From assembly GCF_988243305.1 (NCBI RefSeq), contig NZ_OZ547136.1: a stretch of 64,000 bases of DNA; one strand, given 5' to 3'. Numbering within the stretch: position 1 is the first letter of the stretch; every line of letters starts with the position of its first letter. This document shows positions 34,426 through 44,087 of the stretch, in pieces. The notes below the pieces were generated by a model. It saw only the letters and a list, made by a program, of their open reading frames with translations. It did no database searches and had not been told where the DNA came from. The position numbers and the translations under genes are program-made.

Positions 34426-35925
34426 TTAACTCGCCGTTTCAGGCTTAAACACAATTTCCTGTTGTTCTTCATCTTCCTCGACGACTGGCGCAGTGCTGTG
34501 AATTTCAGCAACGCGTTTGCGCACACCAAACCAGCCTATAACCAGCAGAATACCGATAATCGGCAGCGCCGCGATGGTATAAGTCCCGTTCGGGTAATCG
34601 AACGCCATCAGCACCAGGACGCTCAGCAAAAACAGTAATGTCAGCCAGGAAGTGAAGGGCGCGCCAGGCAGTTTAAAACTGACATCCGCGGCTTTGCCTT
34701 CTTTAATCGCTTTACGCAGGCGCATCTGGCACACGATGATAAACGCCCATGAAGCGATGATTCCCAGCGACGCGAAGTTCAACACAATCTCAAATACGCG
34801 CGACGGCACCAGATAGTTGAGGAATACGCCGACGACATACACAACCAGTGTCGCCAGAATCCCGGCATACGGCACATGCTGACGACTCATTTTCGCCATA
34901 AAACTCGGTGCGGAACCGCCCATCGCCATTGAGCGCAGAATACGTCCGGTGCAGTACAGACCTGAATTCAGGCTGGAGAGGGCAGCGGTCAGCACCACAA
35001 TGTTCATAATGCTGCCGATATATGGCACACCCAGTTTAGAGAAAAACGTCACGAACGGACTTTGCCCCGCCTGATACGCGCTCCACGGCAATAACATAAC
35101 CAGCAACACCACGGAGCCGACGTAAAACAGGCCAATACGCCAAATCACACTGTTAATCGCTTTAGGCACCATGGTCTGCGGATCTTTACATTCTCCGGCA
35201 GCTGTACCCACCATTTCAATGGAGGCAAAAGCAAACACTACGCCCTGAATCAACACCAGCGCAGGCAGCAAACCGTGGGGGAAGAAGCCGCCATTATCGG
35301 TGATTAAATGAAAGCCAGTGGTGTTGCCATCCAGCGGCTGACCACTACCGAGGAACACTGTACCCACGACCAAAAAGGTCACAATGGCGAGCACTTTAAT
35401 AAGCGCAAACCAGAACTCCATCTCCGCAAACCATTTCACACCGATCATATTCATGGTGCCAACGATGGTAAGTGCAGCGAGCGCAAAGACCCACTGCGGT
35501 ACACCACCAAATGCGCCCCAGTAATGCATATACAGTGCAACGGCGGTAATATCGACAATCCCCGTCATCGCCCAGTTGATGAAGTACATCCAGCCTGCAA
35601 CGTAAGCGGCTTTCTCTCCTAAAAACTCACGGGCATAAGAGACAAAACTGCCACTGGAAGGGCGGTGTAACACCAGCTCACCCAATGCACGCAGAATAAA
35701 AAACGAAAACAAGCCACAAATTAAATAGACCAGTGCCAGTGCTGGACCCGCCATTTGCAGTCGGGCTCCCGCGCCTAAAAACAAACCCGTACCAATCGCG
35801 CCGCCAATGGCGATCATCTGTACCTGGCGATTGCCCATCGCTTTGTGATACCCCTCTTCGTGGGCATTAAGCCAGCGGCGTTTCGCGGCGTGTTGATCTG
35901 AAGTGTCGGTGTCGTGTTTACTCAT
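34426..35925 (-). CDS. ansP: L-asparagine permease (APC family)
   Basis: ORF call trimmed to Met at 35925 (MSKHDTDTSDQHAAKRRWLNAHEEGYHK...) giving 499 aa; 12-TM amino-acid permease. Confidence 0.9.
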   Translation of the reverse strand: MSKHDTDTSDQHAAKRRWLNAHEEGYHKAMGNRQVQMIAIGGAIGTGLFLGAGARLQMAGPALALVYLICGLFSFFILRALGELVLHRPSSGSFVSYAREFLGEKAAYVAGWMYFINWAMTGIVDITAVALYMHYWGAFGGVPQWVFALAALTIVGTMNMIGVKWFAEMEFWFALIKVLAIVTFLVVGTVFLGSGQPLDGNTTGFHLITDNGGFFPHGLLPALVLIQGVVFAFASIEMVGTAAGECKDPQTMVPKAINSVIWRIGLFYVGSVVLLVMLLPWSAYQAGQSPFVTFFSKLGVPYIGSIMNIVVLTAALSSLNSGLYCTGRILRSMAMGGSAPSFMAKMSRQHVPYAGILATLVVYVVGVFLNYLVPSRVFEIVLNFASLGIIASWAFIIVCQMRLRKAIKEGKAADVSFKLPGAPFTSWLTLLFLLSVLVLMAFDYPNGTYTIAALPIIGILLVIGWFGVRKRVAEIHSTAPVVEEDEEQQEIVFKPETAS

Positions 35926-36191
35926 TGCTCTCCCTGATTGCTTTAATGAAAAAGTCATATAAGTTGCCATGAACAATGTTTATTCATCCTGGCGATGATA
36001 GTTATCACCATTATTCTTTATGGGTATAAAACTATCGGCGCAGCATCCTACCCGTTATCGATAAACGATGCAAAACATCCCCTTACAATCCTGAAGGGGA
36101 ATAATACAACTGACGAAAAAATGACAAATCCTTTTGCTGGTTAACCTGTGTACTGTCCTACACTTAATCTTTAAAAGATTGTGAGGGGCAT

Positions 36192-36809
36192 ATGATTAAG
36201 GTGTATGGCGTACCCGGATGGGGCTCTACAATCAGTGAGCTGATGCTAACACTGGCTGATATTCCTTATCAGTTCGTTGATGTCAGTGGTTTTGACCACG
36301 AGGGAACCTCACGCGAGTTATTGAAAACCCTGAACCCGTTGTGTCAGATTCCGACACTGGCGCTGGAAAATGACGAGATTATGACGGAGACAGCGGCGAT
36401 TGCATTGATGGTTCTCGATCGTCGCCCGGACCTTGCGCCACCGGTTGGGCGCGCCGAACGTCAGCAGTTTCAACGGCTATTGGTCTGGCTGGTTGCTAAT
36501 GTCTATCCAACATTCACTTTCGCCGATTACCCTGAGCGTTGGGCTCCTGACGCACCCGAACAGTTAAAGAATAATGTTATTGAATATCGTAAATCGCTTT
36601 ATATCTGGCTGAATTCACAATTGACCGCTGAACCTTATGCCTTTGGCGAGCAACTAACGCTGGTGGACTGTTATCTCTGCACCATGCGCACATGGGGGCC
36701 GGGGCATGAATGGTTTCACGATAATGCGCAGAATATCAGTGCGATTGCTGAAGCTGTATGTCAGTTACCGAAATTACAAGAAGTATTAAAAAGGAATGTC
36801 ATTATTTAA
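36192..36809 (+). CDS. yncG: glutathione S-transferase homologue
   Basis: 205-aa GST-fold ORF with AGGGG upstream. Confidence 0.85.
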   Translation: MIKVYGVPGWGSTISELMLTLADIPYQFVDVSGFDHEGTSRELLKTLNPLCQIPTLALENDEIMTETAAIALMVLDRRPDLAPPVGRAERQQFQRLLVWLVANVYPTFTFADYPERWAPDAPEQLKNNVIEYRKSLYIWLNSQLTAEPYAFGEQLTLVDCYLCTMRTWGPGHEWFHDNAQNISAIAEAVCQLPKLQEVLKRNVII

Positions 36810-37054
36810 CAATAATGCCGGAGGTTAATGTTAATGAATCACTGGCGTAATTAACTGGATATCCATTTGTTTGCTATGAATAGTAATTAAAGTTGGTACA
36901 ACTATTTATATGATTGATGTAATTTCGTTTTTTATATGAAATATCAATTTAATATAATCCGAAAATAAAACATCTTTTCGCATGTAGAGAAACATGTCGA
37001 TATGATAGTGCAGTGCAGATCATGTCATCAGGGTAGGGCGGTAGCGTATTTAAT

Positions 37055-37210
37055 CAGGGAAAGATTACGCAACGCTGCTTTTTTGTATTGAACGATTCGC
37101 ATTTTATGTTTAAAAATTGCGATATTCCTTATTTCCTGAAGCTGTTTTTATTGCTTATACATGATCAAATACTCCTTACATAATTAAGGAGAACAAAATG
37201 GAACTTAATA
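37055..37210 (+). repeat. 5'-terminal remnant of an H-repeat (ISAs1-family) element
   Basis: About 155 bp near-identical to the left ends of the elements at 42289 and 46943, including the terminal inverted repeat CAGGGAAAGATTACG and the first 4 codons of the transposase (ATGGAACTTAA), then divergence. Confidence 0.8.
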
Positions 37211-37348
37211 CACGCCAACAATTTGTATTACTTAAATAGACCAGTGAAGGTACGCATCAGAACATCCGGTGAAGTGATTAATATTTCGTTGAATATTTCT
37301 CCCGATTTTTGAAACCTGCTGCTGTAGAAATTCTGAACAGGAGGAATT

Positions 37349-37633
37349 ATGCCTTTAGCAGCCAAACTCACCGACAAAGGCACCCAGCACGACGGTTATT
37401 ACGAGACCGTCATCACCGCCGGGTCATCCACCGTCTTTATCGATGGTCTTCCCGCAGCCCGTCAGGGAGATCCGCTGACGCCGCATGCTAAACCGAAGCA
37501 TCCCCCTCATCCCCGTAAAATCGCCAGAGGTTCTTCAACCGTCTTTATTGACGGCCTGCCCGCCGCCAGAAGCGGTGATGCTGTTGACTGCGGCGGCGTG
37601 GTTATTGGTGGCGGTACGGTAAATATAGGCTGA
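37349..37633 (+). CDS. PAAR-domain protein (T6SS spike tip)
   Basis: 94-aa ORF with repeated GSSTVFIDGLPAARxGD motifs (PAAR motif); strong AGGAGG RBS; 18 nt upstream of vgrG. Confidence 0.85.
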   Translation: MPLAAKLTDKGTQHDGYYETVITAGSSTVFIDGLPAARQGDPLTPHAKPKHPPHPRKIARGSSTVFIDGLPAARSGDAVDCGGVVIGGGTVNIG

Positions 37634-37651
37634 TATGTCTGAGAGGTATTT

Positions 37652-39616
37652 ATGTCCTTAAAAGGTCTTCGCTTTACGCTGGAGGTTGACGGCCAGGAGC
37701 CGGACACCTTTGCAGTGGTGAATTTCAGGTTAATCCAGAACCAGTCATATCCGTTTGTGATGAGTGTGGATGTTGCCAGCGACTCTTTTATGCAGACGGC
37801 GGAGATGCTGCTGGAGAAGAAGGCGACACTGACCATCTGGCAGGGCGCAGTGGCGCAGCGTTATGTCACCGGCGTGGTGGCGGGTTTTGGCATGCAGGAG
37901 AATAACGGCTGGCAGATGCGTTATCACCTGCGTATTGAGCCGCCGTTATGGCGGTGCGGGCTGCGGCAGAACTTTCGTATCTTCCAGCAGCAGGATATCC
38001 GGACGATATCGGCCACGTTACTGAACGAGAACGGCGTCACGGAGTGGACGCCGCTGTTTTATGAGGACCATCCGGCGCGGGAGTTCTGTGTCCAGTACGG
38101 AGAGAGCGACCTGGCGTTTCTGTCCCGGCTGTGGGCGGAGGAGGGAATTTTCTTCTTTGAGCGGTTTGCGGCGGACAGTCCGGAGCAGAAGCTGACGCTG
38201 TGCGACGATGTGGCGGGGCTGTCACAGGCGGGGGAGTTTCCGTTTAACCCGGACACATCGGCAGGAGCGGAGACGGAGTGTGTCAGTATGTTCCGTTATG
38301 AGGCGCATGTCCGCCCGTCATCGGTGCAGAGCCAGGATTACACGTTTAAGGTGCCGGACTGGCCGGGGATGTATGAGCAGCAGGGTGAGAACCTGAACGG
38401 ACAGCTGGCGCAGTATGAGATATTTGATTATCCGGGAAGGTACAAGGATGAACAGCACGGCAAGGATTTCACGCTGTACCGGATGGAGAGCCTGCGCAGT
38501 GATGCGGAAAAGGCCACAGGGCAGAGTAATTCACCGAAGCTGTGGCCGGGAACGCGGTTTACGCTGACGGGGCATCCGCAGAAGATGCTGAACCGTGAAT
38601 GGCAGGTGGTACAGAGCATACTGTCAGGAAGCCAGCCGCAGGCGCTGCACGGCAGCCAGGGGAGAGGAACCACGCTGGGCAATCAGTTAGAGGTGATACC
38701 GGCGGACCGGACGTGGCGTCCACGGCTGCAAAGCAAACCGAAGGTGGACGGGCCACAGAGCGCCATTGTCACCGGTCCTGCGGGAGAGGAAATCTTCTGC
38801 GACGAACACGGACGTGTGCGAGTGCAGTTTCACTGGGACAGGTATAACCCGGCAACGGAGGCGAGTTCGTGCTGGGTGAGGGTGTCACAGGCGTGGGCGG
38901 GGCCGGGGTTCGGTAACCTGGCGATACCGCGGGTGGGCCAGGAGGTGATTGTTGATTTCCTGAACGGCGACCCGGACCAGCCGATAATCATGGGACGGAC
39001 ATACCATGAGGACAACCGTTCACCGGGGAGTCTGCCGGGGACGAAGACGCAGATGACGATACGGTCGAAGACCTATAAAGGTAGCGGATTTAACGAGCTG
39101 CGGTTTGAAGACGCCACCAGTAATGAGCAGGTGTATATCCATGCGCAGAAGAACATGGATACGGAGGTGCTCAACGACCGGACAACGGATGTGAAACATG
39201 ACCATACGGAAACCATCGGTAACAACCAGAAGATAACGGTGGTGAAGGGCCAGACGGTGAATGTGGGGAGCAAAAAGGAAGGTGGTCATGACCAGAAAGT
39301 GACAGTGGCGAATGACCAGACCATTACGGTACAAAACGATCAGCGGCTGGATGTTACCCACGATCGTCACAAGGATGTAGGGAACGATCAAATCAGTAAG
39401 ATAATAGGAAAAGATACCGAAGAAGTCGTGAAATCCCAGGATATTAAAGTTGGAGAAGATTACAGCCTGACAGTTACCAACAGCCTCACCATTAAAGTCG
39501 GTGAATGCTTACTGAAAATGAATAAGGACGGTACTATCATTCTCAATGGTAAAAGTATCCAGATTGAAGGAAAAGATAAAATCAATATTTTCGGCGCAGA
39601 TATTGATCTGGATTAA
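37652..39616 (+). CDS. vgrG: VgrG spike protein (T6SS)
   Basis: 654-aa ORF; characteristic VgrG N-terminus (MSLKGLRFTLEVDG...FAVVNFRL...) and C-terminal Val/Gly-rich beta-helical repeats (VKGQTVNVG..., TVQNDQRLDV...). Confidence 0.9.
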   Translation: MSLKGLRFTLEVDGQEPDTFAVVNFRLIQNQSYPFVMSVDVASDSFMQTAEMLLEKKATLTIWQGAVAQRYVTGVVAGFGMQENNGWQMRYHLRIEPPLWRCGLRQNFRIFQQQDIRTISATLLNENGVTEWTPLFYEDHPAREFCVQYGESDLAFLSRLWAEEGIFFFERFAADSPEQKLTLCDDVAGLSQAGEFPFNPDTSAGAETECVSMFRYEAHVRPSSVQSQDYTFKVPDWPGMYEQQGENLNGQLAQYEIFDYPGRYKDEQHGKDFTLYRMESLRSDAEKATGQSNSPKLWPGTRFTLTGHPQKMLNREWQVVQSILSGSQPQALHGSQGRGTTLGNQLEVIPADRTWRPRLQSKPKVDGPQSAIVTGPAGEEIFCDEHGRVRVQFHWDRYNPATEASSCWVRVSQAWAGPGFGNLAIPRVGQEVIVDFLNGDPDQPIIMGRTYHEDNRSPGSLPGTKTQMTIRSKTYKGSGFNELRFEDATSNEQVYIHAQKNMDTEVLNDRTTDVKHDHTETIGNNQKITVVKGQTVNVGSKKEGGHDQKVTVANDQTITVQNDQRLDVTHDRHKDVGNDQISKIIGKDTEEVVKSQDIKVGEDYSLTVTNSLTIKVGECLLKMNKDGTIILNGKSIQIEGKDKINIFGADIDLD

Positions 39617-39631
39617 TCTGGAGAAATTAAC

Positions 39632-40573
39632 ATGAATATTGAAAATGAAACTGGTTTTCCTCACTTTCAGTTCGAAAAAGTGGGATATTATGGTGAGTTA
39701 TTCACAGTAGTGGTAGTTAATCAGACATTTGATTTTTCATATAGCGGCGGTCTCTGTCTGATTGCGGATGAGCAGCGACTGCCACTGATGACCGACTCCT
39801 GGTACGGCGAACCGGAAAGCAGCAGTCTTAAAACAGCAACCGATTTGGTTTGCAGAAAAGTCAGGGCAGATGTTTTATTAAATGGACACGCATGGCATGC
39901 CACCGGGGAAACCACTCGATGGCAGGCCAGTTTACAGGTGGGTAATCTTCAGCGCCAATTTGATATATGTGGCCCTTGCCAATGGCAATATATATCTAAC
40001 CGCTGGCAACTTAGCGAACCTGAATTAACTGATCGGGTACTGTTACGCCATGAACTGGCGTCAGCCAGTGAATTTAATCCTGTAGGCATTGTTATTCCCT
40101 CCCTGATAACGCTTGGCGATAAATCGCCCTGTCCAGCTCCACAGTTATCTGCCTCACCAGGAGCTATTTGCCGTAGCTGGCCTTCACGATTGCGCTATGC
40201 CAGAGGTTTTACAGAACAGTGGCAAAAGACTGTTCAACCTTTTTATCCAGATGAATTCGATTTTGCATTCATGAATTATTCTCCACCAGAACAACAATAC
40301 GATGGTTATTTAATTGGCAATGAAAAAATTATATTGAACGGCCTGTTACCTTCTAAAATGGAACAAACTTGTTTCCTTCCAGATATTAGACTATTGGCGT
40401 ATTTGTTTTACCGCTCTGATAAAAACGTAGAACTGCGCCCATTGTTGGCTGACACACTGACCATCCACACAGACGATGAGCAACTAACACTACTCTGGCG
40501 CTTAACGCTCCCCGTGGATTCTCTTCCACAACGTATTGTTTTGACGACGGAGCAGAGGGGACCTCATGGCTGA
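39632..40573 (+). CDS. candidate T6SS adaptor/chaperone (DUF2169-like by position and size)
   Basis: 313-aa ORF between vgrG and a PAAR-like effector, overlapping the effector start by 8 nt; family assignment rests on synteny, not on a recognised motif. Confidence 0.5.
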   Translation: MNIENETGFPHFQFEKVGYYGELFTVVVVNQTFDFSYSGGLCLIADEQRLPLMTDSWYGEPESSSLKTATDLVCRKVRADVLLNGHAWHATGETTRWQASLQVGNLQRQFDICGPCQWQYISNRWQLSEPELTDRVLLRHELASASEFNPVGIVIPSLITLGDKSPCPAPQLSASPGAICRSWPSRLRYARGFTEQWQKTVQPFYPDEFDFAFMNYSPPEQQYDGYLIGNEKIILNGLLPSKMEQTCFLPDIRLLAYLFYRSDKNVELRPLLADTLTIHTDDEQLTLLWRLTLPVDSLPQRIVLTTEQRGPHG

Positions 40574-41699
40574 AAATCATATTGGTTGTCGTGAATCGAA
40601 GTACGTTGCGATATGTATTGCGCCTGATGTCTGCAAGGTTGGTGATGCGATAGTGCCGTTTGACAGCTTTCAGAACCTGACACATGAGAAAATTTATATC
40701 AGCAATGTCAGGGCACGGGGCAATCCAATACTGACCGTGGACTGTATTATTGCAGGTACACGAAGTAATGCCGGGAAAGGTGTCAGTTCTGGCACCAGTC
40801 TGGGCAGCGGTGACTGCCGGATACTGACAGGCGTGGATCATATAAAGTGCAAGGGAAAGCCGGTAGCCAGGAATCTTTCGCTGGTTGCCATGAATAATGA
40901 TAATACTGTTGGAAAACTGTATACCCAGACAAACCCGCCAAATCAGATAATACCTGTTAAAGAATCATCGCTTTGGGCCAAGTATCTGGAACTGCAAATA
41001 CAACAGCAAGAGTTTGAGCTTGAGTCCAAAAAGCAAGAAGCAGATGCAATGATAGGATTAGGCAAGGCATTTATTAATGGCTGGTATATGTTGGGTGCAT
41101 TGATTGCCAAAGGTCAGATGCAAAATGACATTGCCCAAATGGAAAGTAATATTGCTCTGGCGAGAGGGTTGGGGATGGATACCCAAATTATGGAGCGGGC
41201 GAATGAGACCAACAGGGAGGTAATGGAAACTATTGATCCTAGAGAGCCATTGTTGAAACCTGCCAATGAAACCCAAGCAATGGCGATGGAGGTTGAGCCA
41301 TGGCTGGAACTTATGACCGGGGTTGGAGCACTGGTGAAAGGTTTGGTCAAGTTTTCAGCGAAGTTTGCAATAAAATCGGTTGGCAGAATGGGGAGGAGCG
41401 GTGCTAAAATTGTGCTGGATGCAAATGGATTGCCTATTCCTGTTCCTCCAAGCGTTGGCGCTGCGGGAAGAGTTCCGAGAGTATTACAAACTGGAGGTAA
41501 TACTCTTGAGGCAAGAACTGCCAGGGAGTTAAATGAATTTTTTGGTAAAAATATTAACAGGAGAGAATGGGGGAAAGCTTTAGAAAAGTTGAAAAAAGAT
41601 TTACGCTTACGAGGTGATCACCATGGTCGAATACTTGATAATGGTGATTATATTGATGACTCAGGAAATATTTTAGGAAACATAGAAGATTATTTATGA
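40566..41699 (+). CDS. candidate T6SS effector with N-terminal PAAR-like (DUF4150-type) domain and unassigned C-terminal domain
   Basis: 377-aa ORF; N-terminal Cys-containing module (VAICIAPDVCKVGDAIVPF...GKPVARNLSLVAMNNDNTVG); helical linker; divergent C-terminal ~110 aa; AT-rich. Confidence 0.6.
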   Translation: MAENHIGCRESKYVAICIAPDVCKVGDAIVPFDSFQNLTHEKIYISNVRARGNPILTVDCIIAGTRSNAGKGVSSGTSLGSGDCRILTGVDHIKCKGKPVARNLSLVAMNNDNTVGKLYTQTNPPNQIIPVKESSLWAKYLELQIQQQEFELESKKQEADAMIGLGKAFINGWYMLGALIAKGQMQNDIAQMESNIALARGLGMDTQIMERANETNREVMETIDPREPLLKPANETQAMAMEVEPWLELMTGVGALVKGLVKFSAKFAIKSVGRMGRSGAKIVLDANGLPIPVPPSVGAAGRVPRVLQTGGNTLEARTARELNEFFGKNINRREWGKALEKLKKDLRLRGDHHGRILDNGDYIDDSGNILGNIEDYL

Positions 41700-42175
41700 T
41701 TAAGAATATACAATCAAGGCTTACCCCGATATCTCATGAATATCCAAGTTGTGATGAGTGCTATGCTAGCCTCTTGATTTACACAGGTAATACTCACCCT
41801 AATGAAATAAGTATTCACTTAGAACTTGAGCCAACATCAATTAATATAAAAGGAGATGAAATTATTACTCTATCGGGAAAGAAAAGATATGCAAAAAATT
41901 CATATTGGATGCTCTCGTCAGAAAATCTAGTGAACTCGAAAGATATTCGAGAACATCTGGATTGGCTACTTCACAAACTTGGACCTAAATCATCAAATAT
42001 TGCAAAATTGCAAGCATTAGAAAATATTTCAATGGGTATTGACTGTACCTGGAGATCATTGAATTGGCACGGTGGGCCAACTTTATGGCCTGAGCAGATG
42101 AAAATAATGGCTAATCTTGGATTGGAGTGTTCATTTGATATTTATTTCGTCGGCAATGAAGATGGCAATCTTTAA
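41696..42175 (+). CDS. candidate cognate immunity protein (cytoplasmic)
   Basis: 159-aa ORF, ATGA overlap with effector stop, no signal peptide, AT-rich; role inferred from position only. Confidence 0.45.
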   Translation: MIKNIQSRLTPISHEYPSCDECYASLLIYTGNTHPNEISIHLELEPTSINIKGDEIITLSGKKRYAKNSYWMLSSENLVNSKDIREHLDWLLHKLGPKSSNIAKLQALENISMGIDCTWRSLNWHGGPTLWPEQMKIMANLGLECSFDIYFVGNEDGNL

Positions 42176-42288
42176 TTATTGCTCGCAAATTTTTAATAAA
42201 CAAATAGCACAATAAAATACTCGGTATCTATGGTATATACCTAATAAACAAGGGCAGGGAAAGATCATCAGAAGTACACTTTTTGTAC

Positions 42289-43580
42289 CAGGGAAAGATC
42301 ACGTAACGCTGCTTTTTTGTACTAAATAATTCGCATTTTATGTTTAAAAATTGAGATATTCCTCATTACCTGAAGCTGTTTTTTATTGAGTATACATGAT
42401 CAAATACTCCTTACATAATTAAGGAGAACACAATGGAACTTAAAAAATTGATGGAACATATTTCTATTATCCCCGATTACAGACAAGCCTGGAAAGTGGA
42501 GCATAAATTGTCGGATATTCTACTGTTGACTATTTGTGCCGTTATTTCTGGTGCAGAAGGCTGGGAAGATATAGAGGATTTTGGGGAAACACATCTCGAT
42601 TTTTTAAAACAATACGGTTATTTTGAAAATGGTATTCCTGTTCACGATACCATCGCCAGAGTTGTATCCTGTATCAGTCCTGCAAAATTTCACGAGTGCT
42701 TTATTAACTGGATGCGAGATTGCCATACTTCAGATGATAAAGACGTCATCACAATTGATGGAAAAACGCTCCGGCACTCTTATGACAAGAGTCGCCGCAG
42801 GGGAGCGATTCATGTCATTAGTGCGTTCTCAACAATGCACAGCCTGGTCATCGGACAGATCAAGACGGATGAGAAATCCAATGAGATTACAGCTATCCCA
42901 GAACTTCTTAACATGCTGGATATTAAAGGAAAAATCATCACAACTGATGCGATGGGTTGCCAGAAAGATATTGCAGAGAAGATACAAAAACAGGGAGGTG
43001 ATTATTTATTCGCTGTAAAAGGAAACCAGGGGCGGCTAAATAAAGCCTTCGAGGAAAAATTTCCGCTGAAAGAATTAAATAATCCAGAGCATGACAGTTA
43101 CGCAATTAGTGAAAAGAGTCACGGCAGAGAAGAAATCCGTCTTCACATTGTTTGCGATGTCCCTGATGAACTTATTGATTTCACGTTTGAATGGAAAGGT
43201 CTGAAGAAATTATGCGTGACAGTCTCCTTTCGGTCAATAATAGCAGAACAAAAGAAAGAGCCAGAAATGACGGTCAGATATTATATCAGTTCTGCTGATT
43301 TAACCGCAGAGAAGTTCGCCACAGCAATCCGAAACCACTGGCACGTGGAGAATAAGCTGCACTGGCGTCTGGACGTGGTAATGAATGAAGACGACTGCAA
43401 AATAAGAAGAGGAAATGCCGCAGAATTATTTTCAGGGATACGGCACATCGCTATTAATATTTTAACGAATGATAAGGTATTCAAGGCAGGGTTAAGATGT
43501 AAGATGCGAAAAGCAGCCATGGACAGAAACTACCTGGCGTCAGTCCTTGCTGGGAGCGGGCTTTCGTAATCTTGCCCTGG
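42289..43580 (+). mobile_element. H-repeat element (ISAs1-family), intact copy
   Basis: About 1.3 kb bounded by imperfect terminal inverted repeats (left CCAGGGAAAGATCACG, right CGTAATCTTGCCCTGG) enclosing one 378-aa transposase ORF. Confidence 0.8.
42433..43569 (+). CDS. H-repeat-associated protein / ISAs1-family transposase (YdcC/YhhI-like)
   Basis: 378-aa [35 protein letters not shown]... matching recalled E. coli H-repeat proteins. Confidence 0.88.
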   Translation: MELKKLMEHISIIPDYRQAWKVEHKLSDILLLTICAVISGAEGWEDIEDFGETHLDFLKQYGYFENGIPVHDTIARVVSCISPAKFHECFINWMRDCHTSDDKDVITIDGKTLRHSYDKSRRRGAIHVISAFSTMHSLVIGQIKTDEKSNEITAIPELLNMLDIKGKIITTDAMGCQKDIAEKIQKQGGDYLFAVKGNQGRLNKAFEEKFPLKELNNPEHDSYAISEKSHGREEIRLHIVCDVPDELIDFTFEWKGLKKLCVTVSFRSIIAEQKKEPEMTVRYYISSADLTAEKFATAIRNHWHVENKLHWRLDVVMNEDDCKIRRGNAAELFSGIRHIAINILTNDKVFKAGLRCKMRKAAMDRNYLASVLAGSGLS

Positions 43581-43916
43581 CAGGAGCATAAGACGACGGG
43601 GAACCATGTCAGCCTGGTGGAGGGAAAGCACAGTCTGGAGGTGAAAGGCGATCTGGCGAGGAAGGTGAGTGGCACGCTGGGGATAAAGGTGGACGGGGAT
43701 ATCGTGCTGGAGAGCTGCAGCCGGATAAGCCTGAAGGTGGGCGGTTCGTTTATCGTTATTCAGTCGGGCGGTGTGGATATAGTGGGGCCGAAGATAAATC
43801 TTAATGGTGGGGGGAGTCCGGGGACACCGGTACCGACACTGCAACCCACTGTCCTGAACACTTTAGTCACTAATGATACGGATAGTAATACTGATGATGA
43901 TATCGGTAATGATTAG
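43581..43916 (+). pseudogene. vgrG 3'-terminal remnant
   Basis: GC-rich frame encoding a VgrG C-terminal beta-helix tail (VSLVEGKHSLEVKGDLARKVSGTLGIKVDGDIVLES...GGVDIVGPKINLNGGGSPG) begins directly at the H-repeat right end with no ATG; table call uses a TTG inside the IR. Confidence 0.8.
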
Positions 43917-44087
43917 ACCAGAGTGAAGTTCATGTTCTCGTAGCGGGATAATCATTCAGATAAAGATAACGGATGACGGTAGTAATAATAATACAATAAT
44001 ACTGTGATTTTCTGCTTTCTAAGCAGAGATGCTCTGTGAATGAATAATTCATACTCGTTACATGTTTTATAATCTTAATAAGGACTA

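Noticed and set aside
36810-37348. Possible Rhs (YD-repeat) gene or yncH-like small gene between yncG and the PAAR gene
   Set aside because: No long ORF and no YD-repeat coding sequence in either strand; only AT-rich intergenic DNA and the H-repeat end remnant.
40566-41699. Assigning the effector C-terminus to a named nuclease toxin family (e.g. Ntox15)
   Set aside because: I could not find a convincing family motif by eye; left as unassigned to avoid inventing a domain call.
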